DNA of 64,000 nt, from positions 13,766,001 through 13,830,000 of the forward strand of contig CM052832.1 in the NCBI GenBank assembly GCA_028534125.1, written 5' to 3'. Shown piece by piece: positions 1-13,660 of this stretch; position 1 is the stretch's first letter; each line of letters opens with the position of its first letter. The stretch comes from Lama glama (taxonomy: Eukaryota). A model generated the notes under the pieces. That model ran no database searches. It saw nothing but the letters and a program-made list of their open reading frames with translations, and was not told the origin of the DNA. The position numbers were made by a program, and so were the translations under genes.

Positions 1-156
1 GTCATATGATGAACTCTTTGAAGGCAGCTTTCCACCTGCCCCTCCTAGCCATCCTCACTGTGGTACCATGAGTTATGACTTGATTGCCTCTACCCTAGAC
101 AACCATAATAGCAATGGGCTCCAGTTGATCCTTTTGCCTCAGTCTCTCCCATCTCC

Positions 157-353
157 AGCACTGTCCAATAGTACTTTCTGTGACAATGCCAGTGTTTTAT
201 ACCTGCCCTGCCCAGTATGGTAGCCCCTGCCGTGGCTGTTGAGCACTTGAAATCTAGCTAATGTGACCAAGGAACTGAATTTTTCATTTTATTTTAATTT
301 AGTTAAATTTAAATAGCCACCGGTAGCCAGTGGCTACTATACTGGACAGCACA
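157..353. mobile_element. MER3-like hAT-Charlie DNA transposon remnant
   Basis: Recognisable text ctgtccaatagtactttctg...gagcacttgaaat...aaggaactgaattttt...tggctactatactggacagcacag with imperfect terminal inverted ends; family assigned from recall. Confidence 0.65.
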
Positions 354-592
354 GCTCAAGACCATACCACTGACATGTATTATCTTGCCAAAGCACATCT
401 CTATGCATATTACTACTCCTCGAACATTTTAAATAGTTTAAAAAAATCCATGTTCAACCCAACATTCAAGACCCTCCGGGAGTAGGCTTCAACCTACTTT
501 TTGGGCTTGAGACAGGCTTTAATCAGACCTATTAATTACTTGCCTTATATTATCTCTGTAATGTTATCCTGTTCTCTTCCTGAATATCTTTT

Positions 593-768
593 ATTTAAAC
601 CTTTTAACTCCTTAAAAAATTTTAATTATTTATTTCATTAGTTTTTTTTTAGGGGGAGGTAATTAGGTTATTTAACATTTTTTTATAGAGGTACTGGGGA
701 TTGAACCCAGGACCTCATGTATGTTAAGCATGCAGTCTACCACTGAGCTATACTCTTCCCCCTAATAT
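593..768 (-). mobile_element. tRNA-derived SINE (camelid vic-1-like)
   Basis: Minus strand has tRNA-like A box (tagctcagtggtag) and B box (gggttcaatccc) and an A-rich tail; flanked by direct repeat tgaatatctttt at 581-592 and 769-780. Confidence 0.8.
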
Positions 769-3615
769 TGAATATCTTTTTCTCCTCCCTGCCCCTAGTT
801 TAGCCAGAGCAGAGTTCAGATTATATCTCTCCCAGGAGGCCAACCTCATCCCTCTAGGTTGGGACTATTATTCCCATTCTATAGGAGATCCCATGGCATT
901 AGGATGTGGCATCTATTTTGGAATCAGAAAGACCAGGTTCAGATTCTGGCTCTGCCTTTTATTGTATGACTCTGAGGAACTCAATGCACCAGTAAAATGA
1001 GTATAATCATTATTGGGAAAATAATACCTATCTCTTGAGATGATGTGTGTGAAGAAGCTGGCATATGGCAGGCCAGCAATACATGTTAATTCCTGTCTTT
1101 CCCACCTCTAAACTCTTACAGCACCATATTTTGGTATTTTTATTCTACTAAATTGTAGAGTCTTTGTTCTTTTGTATCCTCAGAGCATCTAGAATTCAGC
1201 AAAAGTTTGTGGAACACTAAATTAATTGACCACAGATGAAATAGCATTCTTCAGTCAGAAGTGAATGAAGGCCAAGAGTGCATATGGTAGAAATTTGTAA
1301 AATTGTGAAAATAAAAGCAGACAGACTTACCGAATTCTAGTCTAAGAGATGGTGGCCACCTCTTGAAATTTAAATGATGCAGACTGAAGATAATAAAATG
1401 AAATGCTTCTTTTGAAAAGCAAACAGATGAGATACAATACCTCCAAAGGATGTGACAACAGGACATATAAAGTGCTTTATCTTTGAAAAAGAGTTAGAGA
1501 AATTCTTGGAGCAAAAACTATAATTTGTGATGGAAGGAAATGAGGATATTTTGTGTCCTCAACAACAAGGCTCTTGGGACAGAGGTCACACACAAGTGGT
1601 TCACAAGTTGCATCTGGCCTGCAGAGATGTTTTGTTAGATGTGTACTGTGTTTTTAAAAATATGTAATGTAACTGACAACATTTAAAAGTCAGAAGATTG
1701 CACATAAAAATCTAGAATTTTGGCTTCTCTTGGAAAAGATCAGATCTGGCCACGCTGGGCCCTGCAAGACCCATGGCAATAATTGCTGCAGCTGAGCAGC
1801 TGCAGCTGCCTTTCCCAGTCCCGCTGTTCCCACCATGCCTTGATGTTCATAGGTTGCCTGCTTCATGCCATCCCTCCTTTAGTGCCACTTTCAGAAACAG
1901 AATGCTGGATTCTAGACCCCAGATCTAACCCAGGATGGCATCTTTTATAATTGGAATATAATTAGCAGGTTAATTAGGCTCTTTTAGTTGCCAGAAACAG
2001 ATATACTCTAGTAATGGAAGTTTATTGTAAGATTACAGAGGAAAAGTAAGGCAGTCTGGATCAGTATTCCTATGAGTTGGGGAAAGAAAGCAAAAAATAT
2101 TACTTATGTTTTAGTGTACAGTTCTACCTGTGGGTTTTTTTTTCTGTAAAAGACACAAAGTACTATTTCTCTTCAGTAATACATTGCAAAATACCTCTTC
2201 CATCCTGTTCTATATTCCCCAACTACATTCTCACTTCTTTATTGAATTTGTGATCATTAGTTCTTAAGTGTTATATAGCACATTTCTGCTACCCAATGCT
2301 TTGAGGATAAAAATACATTATATAACAATGGCCCAGTTACCTAACTTTTCTGAAGCCTCAGTCATATCGCCTGATGGGATAATAGTGGTACTATAATTGC
2401 TGTCGGAATTAAATGAAATAACTCATGAAAAATACCCAGTGCAATGCTTAATATACAGTAAGTGCTCTATAAATGTTAGTGGTGAAATAATGCTTGCTGC
2501 TTCTGATACATTATAATTCTGAAGGAAAACAATGTTGCTGATACATTTAACTTGTTTGCAACGTCACCTATTTGTGAAAGAACTATTTGTGTCATCTACA
2601 GAATTTGAATGTTTACCTGTATATGTACTGCATATACTTTTTCACATTTATGTGGAAGAATATTAGCGTTCATGCCTTTTTATTATCCAAAAACACAGAT
2701 GACCAAGAGTGGTTATACTTTCTCCAGAGATGGCTAAATCTCCATTCTCATTAACTCCTCCTTCTCAGTCTCTTTAAGAGCAGGATGATGCTACAGATTT
2801 TTAAAGCTTAATGTGACCCTTAGAGGTAATATGGTCAAACCATGTCATTTTATGGACAAGGAAAGTGAAACTCAGTTCCTAAGAAATTTGCCCCCAGTCA
2901 TACAGCTAGTTAGAGAAATAGCCAGAGCTGGAGCCACAGTCTCCTGATATCCTGTACAGTGCTTTTTCTGCTGCATCATGATGCCACTAACTAGATACCT
3001 GACCATCATTTAAGAGATACTGAAGGCCTGCTAAGTGTCAGGCATTATTTTGGGTGGTGAGGACATAGCTGTGAACAAAGTCTTTCCTCCTGGACTTAAA
3101 TTTTAGTGTGTGAAACAGACAATGAACAAATAGACAAATACTGGCAAGTGCTATAAAGAAAAGGAAAGGGTAAAATGATAATGATGGAAGCTATTTTAGA
3201 TAGAGAAGTTAGAAGACGCTGTGTTGACCCCTTAACCCTTAGCATTTTCAGTGAAAATTGGTAGTTACACTTTTACCCCTTAATCCTTCCCTGCAACATA
3301 GCAACATAATTGAGTATAAAGAAAACTAGGCTTCCTAGCCAGACGCTTGGGTTCTAGTCCCAACTCTAATGATTCAACAGCCAAGGCTTTTTAAACTTGT
3401 GGGCTTTAGTTTCTCCACTTGTAAAATGAGAATAATGTACACTTTGCTTTCTTTTATAAGGTTGTTTCAAGTGTAAAATTACACAATAAATGAGAAAGCT
3501 TTATAAAACTGCAATGTGTTATGCAAATGTAAGATACCATTATATGGAAATTTTATTTCCATAAAAATGTGCCAAGGATCTAGATTTTATTTAAATTCTT
3601 TCTACTCATCCAGGA

Positions 3616-3800
3616 ATGATGCAACCAGAGAGAAGCTTCCAGGGTTTTGGCTCTAGATTTAGGCAGAATTCTTTCCCATATGATGTGAAGCGAGATGTGT
3701 ACAATGAGGAGAACTTCCAACAGGAGCACAGAAGGAAGACTGCTTCCTCTGGAAACGTGGACATTGACATCACCACCTTCAGTCACCATGTCCAGTGCAG
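3616..3800 (+). CDS. SLC26A8: SLC26A8 first coding exon (human exon 2 equivalent), MMQPERS...HHVQC
   Basis: Pyrimidine tract + AG at 3612-3613, ATG 3616, GT donor 3801; translation NSFPYDVKRDVYNEENFQQEHRRK matches recalled SLC26A8 N-terminus. Confidence 0.95.
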
Positions 3801-4224
3801 GTGCGTATGTGCCATCATTCAGCTGTCGCCAGGCTGGCAGCCCCCAAACTCTACTTGATGCTTTTAGTGCCTACTCCTGTCTTCCTCTTTTGAATTCCTG
3901 TCATCAGAACCCTTAGCTTATTGTGTAATTTCCCTTCAGATTTTTTTTTTGTGTGTGTGGTTTGTCTTGCAGCATCTTCTTGATTGTAAACTTCTTGGGC
4001 ATAAAGACCTTAGATGTTCCCCCACAGCAATGATACTTAGTTAATACATTGTTTGATTAACCAACATTATGGTCTTCTAACGACACCAACAAAAAGCAAC
4101 CATGGTGGACTGTTTAAAGATAGCAGGATGACCATGCAGGTCCTGCAGTACAGGGGCTCTAACTTGATTTTGTGCTGTGAACCTTTTAGCAGTCTGATAA
4201 AGCTTCTGAACCTCTTTTCAGAAC

Positions 4225-5646
4225 TTTTTTTATTGTGGTAAATATATGTAACATAAAATCAGCCATTTTAACCATTTTTAGAGTGTACAAATCAGTAGCA
4301 TTAATGACATTTATGATATTGTGCAACCATTACCACATCTGTTTCTAAAACGTTTTCATCACCCCAAACAGTAACTCTGTACCCATTAAGCAATAATGCC
4401 CCATTTCCCCCTCTCCCAGCCCCTGGTTACCTCTCTTCTACTTCTATCTCTATGAATTGCCTATTCTAGAGATTTCATATAAGTGGAATCATACAATATT
4501 TGTCTTTTATGTCCGGCTTATTTTACTTCGCATAATGTTTTCAAAGTTCACCCATGTTGTAGCATGGGTCAGTACTTCATTTCATTTTATGGCTGATGAT
4601 ACTCCATTGTATGGATATACCATGTTTTGTTGTCTGTTCATCTCTTGATGGACACGGGTTGTTTCCATTTTTTGGCTGTTGTAAATAATACTGCCATGAA
4701 TTTTGGCAAAGGAGTATCTGAGTTCTTTTAGGTATACACCTGAGAGTGGAATTGTTGGATCATACTGTAATTCTGTATTTAACTTTTTGAGCAACTGCCA
4801 AAATTTTCATAGAAGTTGCACCTTTGTGCATTCACATCAGCAGTGTACAAGTGTTCCAGTTTCCATATCCTCTCCAACATTTGTCATTACCCATTTTTTT
4901 GATTATAGCCATACTATTAGGTGTAAAATGGTGTCACATTGTAGGTTGATTTTTGTTCTTTTTTTTTTTTTGTATTTCCCTAATAACTAAATTTTTTTGA
5001 TTTGTTTTGAACATTTATCTTCTTATTGCAGCATTTTTTTGTTTTACAGGCCAGGCACTGTACTTAACCACTCTTTTTTTTCCCCTGCTCTCAATTGTCT
5101 GTTTTAGTGTGAACACTTCATTGATGACAATGTTCTCTAAACACGTACTTGTATTAGTGATGATGAGCATCTTTTCATGTGCTTATTGGTCACTTGTATA
5201 TCTTTTTTGGAGAGATATCTACTTCCTTTGCCCTTTTAAAAACTAGGTTGTTTGGCTTTTTGTTGTTGAGTTATAGGAGTTCTTTATAAATTCTGGATAT
5301 TAAGCCCTTATGAAGTATATTATGTGCAAATATTTTCTCTCATTCTGTCTTTTCACCCTGTTGATAGTGTCCTTGGTGCACAACAGTTTTCTTTTGTCAC
5401 TTGTCATTCTGGTATCATATTTAAGAAACTATTGTGAAATGTAAGATCATGAAGATTTCCCCCTATGTTTTCTTCTAAGAGTTTTATAGTTTTAGCTTTT
5501 AAATTTAGCTCCTCGATCCATTCTGAGTTAATTTTGTACATGGTGTAAAGTAAGAGTCCAACTTCATTTTTTTCCATGTGGATATCCCATTTTCTCAGCA
5601 CTATATGTTGAAGAGTCTGTTCTTTCCCCATTGAATAGTCTTTGCC
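4225..5646 (-). mobile_element. Old LINE-1 3' end plus ORF2 C-terminal fragment
   Basis: Minus-strand ORF2-like peptides LKKLNTELQYDPTIPLSGVY and YKINSEWIEELNLKAKTIKLLEENIG; L1 3'UTR text near 4225-4700. Confidence 0.85.
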
Positions 5647-5749
5647 AGAATACTTTTAAATGCATAAAATACATAGTATTATAAAGGAAATTAGTTATAT
5701 TGGAATATAGTTATCAAAATATGAAAAAATCCCCAAATTATGATTCTTT

Positions 5750-5994
5750 TTGAGTATCTAGAAATTGATTGCTTTTATTTTTTTAACATTTTTATTGATT
5801 TATAATCATTTTACAATGTTGTGTCAAATTCCAGTGTTCAGCACAATTTTTCAGTCATTCATGGACATATACACACTCACTGTCACATTTTTTTTCTTTG
5901 TGAGCTACCATAAGATTATGTGTATACTTCCCTGTGCTATACAGTATAATCTTGTCTATCTATTCTACAATTTTGAAATCCTAGTCTATCCCTT
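5750..5994 (-). mobile_element. Young 5'-truncated LINE-1 3' end
   Basis: Near-identical in reverse complement to the 54047-54206 copy; T-rich tail on the left; approximate direct repeat ccaaa(a)ttatgat at both ends. Confidence 0.75.
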
Positions 5995-6829
5995 CCAAAA
6001 TTATGATATTTAATAATTGTAGGTCTAATAACTACCATAATTTGTAAGTACTGATGAATATAAGTGCTATTTTAAGATATCTGCAGCAGTTTTAATATAA
6101 TGTGAAAATATTTATGATTTCTGTTGGTGACAAAGTCAAGCTCTGCTGATACTATCGTGGTTATCAATGTTCATGACAGAAGGAAATGCTAAATTTCAGT
6201 TAGGAGGTTAATGAAATAAAGATATAATTTCCCTTAAGTTTATATACGCCCATGAATTCTACCTATAGACCCCTGGGTCATCCATAGACTTCAGGATAAA
6301 AACCCTTTGTGACCTATATCATGATAGTAACCCTAATGACTCAAATTATCCTCACTTATGATCTGGATTTATTAGTCCCTGTCATCCTTTGACTTTATCA
6401 CCCACAGTTGGCATGTGTTGGGTGACAAGTGAAGAAGGCCTCCTCATGGCCCTGTTGCAGGCCTTCCTCCCTCTGAGCCATCTCCTTTGTCCATATCCTG
6501 CCTTTTGTAAGCTGTGGTCTTGGATGTCCCTCCCCAGTCCTATATTACTACTCTCATTTTTTCTGCTCCAGGATGGGTCAGAGGTCATATGTCAAAGAGG
6601 GCATTTGGGGGCCACTTTGGCTTTGTCTCTACAAAAGGATAATCTTTTCCTGGCTTATACCTCATCCTAAACAGGTACCACCAAAGAAATTTCAACTTAC
6701 CTCCCCTCCACCTGCCCCACCCTTAGACACAAATCTGACCTCTGCTGCCTCCCATAGGCTTTTACAGCAGTTCTTATTACCTGCTTCCAAAACATACAGT
6801 TACATCCATTTCTGAATTTTGCCCTGAAA

Positions 6830-7065
6830 GGTAGCACAGCACTGTGGTTAAGAGTGAGACTCAGAAGCCAGATTGCCTGGTTTCAAATCCCAATTCTGCT
6901 GCTTCCCAACTGTGTGACCCTAGGTAAGCTATCCCAACCTACTGTGCCTCAGTTTCCTCATCTATAAAATGGGGATGATAATAGCACCTACCTCTTAAAG
7001 TGGCTGTGAGAATTTAAAGAGCATTTGTAAAGCACCTAGCAAATAGAAAGCACTCTATAAGTGGG
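6830..7065. mobile_element. MIR SINE remnant (further MIRs at about 900-1090, 17770-17960, 38190-38390)
   Basis: MIR core text tgtgaccctaggtaag...gtgcctcagtttcctcatctataaaatgggga. Confidence 0.75.
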
Positions 7066-8075
7066 ATTATTTTAGTAAAAAAAAAATCATAATCTTTTAA
7101 CTCCATCTCTTTCTTTCTGCAGAAAACCTCATCTCTTTCCTCATTTTCTCCCTTTTAGTTAGCAACTGCAAATACTCCCTTTCTTTTAAAAAAATCTCTC
7201 CTGTGCTTTCACACCAACTCTTACGTTCCTCACTTTTAAGACGTCTTAACCTAAAATCCAGATTCATGGTGAAGTGCCTATACTCTTCCCCTACCAGCTT
7301 CAATTTCTATCCCTCTAACTCCTTCCTTGATTCCCATCAGTCTTAAATCCTCATTATTCCATAACCATTTTATTTATTTATTTATTTTTTGCCATGCTAA
7401 AGAGCTTTGATGACTCTCCTTAGGGTGGATTGTCATCCACCAGATGGAAAGGAGGGGACCCTGGACTGGATGCAGGAACAAATTGTCCCGATGCCATGCT
7501 CACCCCTCCCCCATAGAGAACCATAATTGGAGAGAACACATTCTCTACACCTGCCTTACACCCAGGAACTCTCATAAAAATAGCCGTGTGGTGCTATTTC
7601 CAAACCTATGGTCTTGCTCCTGGCCCCTGAGCAGCATTTGACAGCTGCCAATAGGAACTGTGGCAGTAATAGAGTGGATAGAACACTGAACTAAACATCA
7701 GGAGATCTGGTTTCTAGCCCCAGCTCTGCCCACTCTTACTACTCTGACCTTGACAAAGACATTTACACTTATCTGGCCTTAGTTACCTTAGGGAGAGTAA
7801 TGTTCATAGCTGTGAGAGTCAAACATGTTGAAATTACTTCTTTTCTGAGTATACATTTTAGCCTTGCATACCCTGAAGTTATATTTGTTGCTATAGTCAA
7901 ATCCCAATTATTCAGCTACAGCTCATACATGAAAAATCTCCATACTCTTTGCTTTCAGCCCATACTAAGATGTAAATAGCAAAGAGCAATTTAAAACCAA
8001 ATTAATTTTATTGATTGATTAATTAACCGATTGATTGGTTTACAATGATTCTGCTCTTTTAGATGATCTAAAGTT

Positions 8076-8265
8076 TAGGTTTTCTCAATCTCAGTACTGT
8101 TGACAGTTTAGACCATAAAATCATTTTTTTGTGGAGGGCTGTCCTGTGCATTGTAGGATGTTCAGTGGCATCCCTGGCCTCTATCCACCAGATGCTAGTC
8201 ATGATAATCAAAAATGTCTCCAGATATTGCCAAATGTCTCTTGGGGAACACAATTGCTTCTGGTT
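8076..8265 (-). mobile_element. MER20-like hAT-Charlie element
   Basis: gggctgtcctgtgcattgtaggatgttcagtggcatccctggcctcta...aaatgtctccagatattgccaaatgtc; reverse orientation relative to 8644-8861. Confidence 0.75.
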
Positions 8266-8643
8266 GTTATATGCTGCATAAAAGGATAATGAAAGCCTTA
8301 TTTTTTTTAATCTTATTGCCTTTTTTTTAAACTTGGCTAACTCCTTAAGCACAGGACCCATAGTCTATATTTTCTATAAATTTCTTCTTGCTATAGGTCA
8401 AAGCCACATAGAGTTAATAATACTCAGTAAAAATTTTAGTATACAGGAATGATGTGAATGTGTTAACTCCCTGCCACCCACCAGTATCACATCTCAAAAA
8501 ACTGTTCTTACCAAAAGAAGGTAACAACAGTCCATTTTTCTACTGGAAAATTTTGGCAGGTTGAATTCTTTTCAAATTTCTGTTAAAACACAGACCTGAT
8601 TTGTATGCTGACTTACAAGACTTGCTTCTTGTCCTATATATGG

Positions 8644-8861
8644 CACTGGTCCTCAACTGGAGGCAATGTTGTCCCCCAGGAAATATTTGGCAATGTCTGG
8701 AGACATTTTGGCTGTCACAACTTGGTAAGGACATCTGCTTACTACTGGCATCTATTGGGTAGAGATCAGAGATGCTTCTAAACATCCTACAATGCAGAGG
8801 GGAGCCCCACAACAAAGTGTCCAATGTGTCAAAATGTCAATAGTGCTGACAAGAAACTCTG
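8644..8861 (+). mobile_element. MER20-like hAT-Charlie element
   Basis: tttggcaatgtctggagacattttggctgtcacaac...ctactggcatcta...aaacatcctacaatgca. Confidence 0.75.
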
Positions 8862-8965
8862 CTGTATGGGAAGAAGGATGTGCTGTGCCTTTTCTTGACT
8901 ACATGTTTGTGGGTTGTGTTTTTGTTTTTGGAGAACCTAATCAGGTCTCTTCCTCTTTCTCACAG

Positions 8966-9105
8966 CTGCTCATGGCACAAGTTCCGAAGATGCATGCTTA
9001 CGGTTTTTCCCTTCCTAGAGTGGATGTGTTTTTATCGTTTCAAGGACTGGCTTCTTGGAGACTTACTTGCTGGTATAAGTGTTGGCCTTGTGCAACTTCC
9101 CCAAG
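8966..9105 (+). CDS. SLC26A8: SLC26A8 coding exon (exon 3 equivalent), CSWHKFRRC...GLVQLPQ
   Basis: cacag acceptor, gtaagg donor; contains SLC26/SulP signature region DWLLGDLLAGISVGLVQLPQG; phase compatible with previous exon. Confidence 0.96.
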
Positions 9106-9297
9106 GTAAGGAAGATATTCACCCACAGACAATACATCATGCCTGGTCCACTTGTCTAGAGTAAACAATTGCTTGTACTAGATGAATAGAAAAAAGTGTG
9201 AATTCTATTTATATCACTACCATTTGTTTCCTTACCTGCCAAATTTCTAACTCTTGCTTGAGTGTCCTCACAATACGGCAACTGGCAGGACCAACTA

Positions 9298-9797
9298 NNN
9301 NNNNNNNNNNNNNNNNNNNNNNNNNNNNNNNNNNNNNNNNNNNNNNNNNNNNNNNNNNNNNNNNNNNNNNNNNNNNNNNNNNNNNNNNNNNNNNNNNNNN
9401 NNNNNNNNNNNNNNNNNNNNNNNNNNNNNNNNNNNNNNNNNNNNNNNNNNNNNNNNNNNNNNNNNNNNNNNNNNNNNNNNNNNNNNNNNNNNNNNNNNNN
9501 NNNNNNNNNNNNNNNNNNNNNNNNNNNNNNNNNNNNNNNNNNNNNNNNNNNNNNNNNNNNNNNNNNNNNNNNNNNNNNNNNNNNNNNNNNNNNNNNNNNN
9601 NNNNNNNNNNNNNNNNNNNNNNNNNNNNNNNNNNNNNNNNNNNNNNNNNNNNNNNNNNNNNNNNNNNNNNNNNNNNNNNNNNNNNNNNNNNNNNNNNNNN
9701 NNNNNNNNNNNNNNNNNNNNNNNNNNNNNNNNNNNNNNNNNNNNNNNNNNNNNNNNNNNNNNNNNNNNNNNNNNNNNNNNNNNNNNNNNNNNNNNNN
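9298..9797. other. Assembly gap, 500 N
   Basis: Run of exactly 500 N. Confidence 1.
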
Positions 9798-12700
9798 TCT
9801 CAAGTACACATGGAATATTTTCCAGGATGGACCACATGTTAGGGCACAGATCAAGTTTTCAATAGATTTAAAAAGACAGGTATCATACAAAATATCTTCT
9901 CTGACCACAATGGGATGAAGTTATAAATTAACAGAAATAAAAATTCACAAATCTATGGAAATCAACACACTCTTACTAAATGACCAATGGATAAAAGAAG
10001 AAATGACAAGAGAAATAAGGAAATACAAAGAGATGAATGAAAACAAAACCAAAGCATGCCAAAATCTATGGGACCCAGCAAAAGTCGTGCTAAGGGGTAA
10101 ATTTATCGCCATAAACATTTACATTAAAAAACAAGAAAGATCTCAAATCAACAACCTAACTTTACAACTCTAAGGAACTAGAAAAAGAACAAACTTAACC
10201 TGAAGGAAATAAAGATTTAGAGCAGAGATAAATAAAGTAGAAAATAAAAAAACAACAGAGAAAATCAATGACAATAAAAGTTGGTTCATTGAAAAGATCA
10301 ACAAAACTGACCTTTAAGTAGATGGATTGAGACAAAAAGAGAGATGACCAACTCAGAAATGAAAGTGAGGATATTACTACCAATTCTACAGAAGTAAGAA
10401 GGATTATAAGAGAAATAAAAAGGATTATACTATAAGAAACCTCCTCCTCCTCCTCCTATAAGCAACCATATGCAACAAATTTGATAACCTAGATGAAATG
10501 GAAAAGTTCCTAGAAACTCAAACCCTATTAAGACTAAATCATAAAGAAACAGAAAATCTAAATAAACCTAAAATTAGTAAGGAGATTGAATCGATAATCA
10601 AATATCTCCTGACAAAGAAAAGTCCTCAGGTGATGGCTTCACAGGTGAATTCTACCAAGCATTTGAAGGACTAATACCAATTCTTCTTAAACTTTTCCCA
10701 AAAATTGAAGAAGAGGAAACACCTCCCAACTTATTCTATGAGGCCAGCATTACCGTGATACTAAAGCAAGGCAAAAATACTACAACAAAAGAAAACTCAC
10801 AAACACTGACACAGAAATCCTCAAAAATAACCAGGAAACCAAATTAAGCAGCATATTAGAAGTATTTTACACCGTAAATAAGTGGGTTTTATTCCTGGAA
10901 TGCAAAAATAGATCAATGCAATACACCACATTAACAGAATGAATGGAAAAACAATCATTTCAACTGATGCATAAAAACCATGTGACAAAATTCAACACCC
11001 TTTCATGACAAAAATGCTCAAGAAACTAGGAATATAAGGAAACTGCCTCGACAAATGAAACTCCTATATGAAAAATCCACAGCAAACATATTCAATAGTG
11101 AAAGCCTGAAAGACTTTTCCTCTAAGGTCAGGAACAAAGCAAGGATGCCCACTTTCACCACTTATATTTAACATAGTGCTGGAAATTCTGGCCAGAGCAA
11201 TTAAGCATAAATAAAAAATAAAAGGCATCCAAACAGGAAAGGAAGATGTAAAATTATTCCTGTTTGCAGATGATTATTTCGTATGTAGAAAACCCTAAAG
11301 ATTACACACACACAGATACACACACACACAAACTGTTGGAATTAAATTCAGAAAGTAGCAGGATACAATGTCAACACACAAGTCAGTTGCTTTTCTATAC
11401 ATTAACAGTGAACAATCTGAAAAAGAAATTATGAAAAAAATTCCATTCACAATAGCATCAAAAGGAATTAAATACTTAATAATTAACCAAGGAGGCGAAA
11501 GACTTGTATGACGAAAGCTACAAAACACTGATGAAAGAAGGAAATAAATGGAAATACTTTCCATGTTCATAGACTGGAAAACATAATATTGTTAAGATGT
11601 TAATACTACCCAAAGAAGTCTATGGATTCAGTTCAATCCCTGTCAAATTCCCAATGATTTTTTTTTGCAGAAATATTAAAACTCATCCTAAAATTCATAT
11701 GGAATTTCAAGGAACTCTGAATAGCCAAAGCAATCTTGCAAAAGAATGAAGTTAGAGGACTCATACTTACTAATTTCAAAACTTACTACAAATCCACAGT
11801 AATCAAAACAGTGTGGTATAGGCATAAAGACAGACATAGACCAATAGAATGGAATGAAGATCCAGAAATGAATCCTTGCATACATAGTCAAATGACAAGG
11901 ATGCCAAGACCATTCAATGAGAAGAAGACAATCTTTTCAACAGATGGTGCTAGGAAAACTGGGTATCCACATGCAAAAGAATGAAGTTGGACTCTTATCT
12001 AACACCATATACAAAAATTAACTCAAAATGGATCAAAACCTAAATGTAAGACCTAAAACTATAAAACTCTTAGGAGAAAACATAGGACAAGAACTTCATG
12101 GCATTGGATTTGGCAATAATTTCTTGGCTATGACTTCAAAGGAACAGGCAAAAAAATAGACAAATTGGACTTCATGAAAATTAAAATCTTTTGTGCATCA
12201 AAAGACACTATCAACAGAGAAAAAAGACAACTCACAGAATAGGAGAAAATATTTGCAAATCACCTATGATAAGGGATCAGTATCTAAAATATATAGAGAT
12301 TTCCCAAAATGCAGCAACAAAAAACAAACAACCTGACTCAAAAAGTGGGGAAAGGACGATATAGGAGGATGATATAGGAGTGGCCAAGAAGCACATAAGA
12401 TGCTCGACATCACTAATCATTTGGGGAATGCAATTCAAAACTAGGAGATACCACCTCACATCCATTAGAATGGCTACTGTTTTTTTTTTTAAAGACAGAA
12501 AATAGCAAGTGTTGGTTAGGATGTGGAGAAAATGGAACTTTGGGCACTGTTAGTGGAAATGTAAAATGTACAGCCACTGTGGAAAGTAGTACATTGGTTC
12601 CTCAAAAAATTAAAAAGAGAACTACCATATGACCCAGAAATTCTACTTCTGGATATAATACCCCCCCACCAAATTAACAGCAGCATCTTAAAAGAGACAT

Positions 12701-13195
12701 TTGTGCACTCATGTTCATAGCAACATTATTCGCAATAGCTAAAACCTGGAAGAAACTATAAGTGTCCATCAATGGATGAATGGATAAGTAAAATGTGATC
12801 TATACATACACTAAAATATTATTCAGCCTTAAAAAGGAAGGAAAATCTGACATATACTACAATACAGATGAAGCTTGAGAATATTTTGTTAAGTGAAATA
12901 AGCCAATCACAAAAAGACAAATACAATATGATTCCACTTATTGAGGTATTTAAGTAGTCAAAATCATCAAGGCACAAAGTGGAATGGTTGTTGTCAGGGC
13001 TGGGTGAAGGGGGAAATGGAGAGTTATTGATTAATGGGTATAGAGTTTCAGCTTTATAAGATGAAAGAGTTATGGAGTAGATGGTTTTGATGGTTGAACA
13101 TTATGAATATATTTAATACCACTGAACTGTACAGTATGGGATGGGTAAGATGGTAAATTTCATTTCATGTGTATTTCACCACAAAAAAATTGGGG
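9798..13195 (+). mobile_element. Decayed LINE-1 (ORF2 from end of endonuclease through RT, plus 3'UTR), same strand as SLC26A8
   Basis: Peptides STHGIFSRMDHMLGH, LLNDQWIKEE...NLWDPAKVVLRGKFIA and FKTYYKSTVIKTVWY; RT motif text ctgtttgcagatgat near 11260; many frameshifts. Confidence 0.93.
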
Positions 13196-13660
13196 GAAAA
13201 AAGATGTGGGTAGAATCAGTTATAATTTGTATAAAGGACAAGGACTGAAATTATATACCCTGAGAGATTTGAGTGTGACTAGAAGGGATATATTGAGCTT
13301 TTTAGCTCTAAACCATCTTAGATATCTGCCTATTGCTTACCCCCTGTTGTGGTCTTGAACACTGTAAATAAACCATTTTTCCTCAGCTTTTATTGTTTTG
13401 CCTGTTCTATTTGCTGCCATTGGCACATGGCAGAAACCTTAAACTAGAAGATAGCAGAGCATTCTCTCTTAATGGCTTCTGTAACTTGCCTTGGTTTGCT
13501 GGCAGTTTTGGCAAGCTACTGCCTCAGTGACTGCTCTTATCTCTTATTTTTATTAAAAAAAAAAAAGTCAGGCCTGACCCACATATGATAAGGATGGAGC
13601 AGGGGAGGTGCCAATAAATGATTCCTGTGCTCTAGGAATAATTCTACCATTTTATTCCAG

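Noticed and set aside
9156..9918. Long ORFs of 180-250 aa (and 25413-25979)
   Set aside because: Artefacts of translating through N runs
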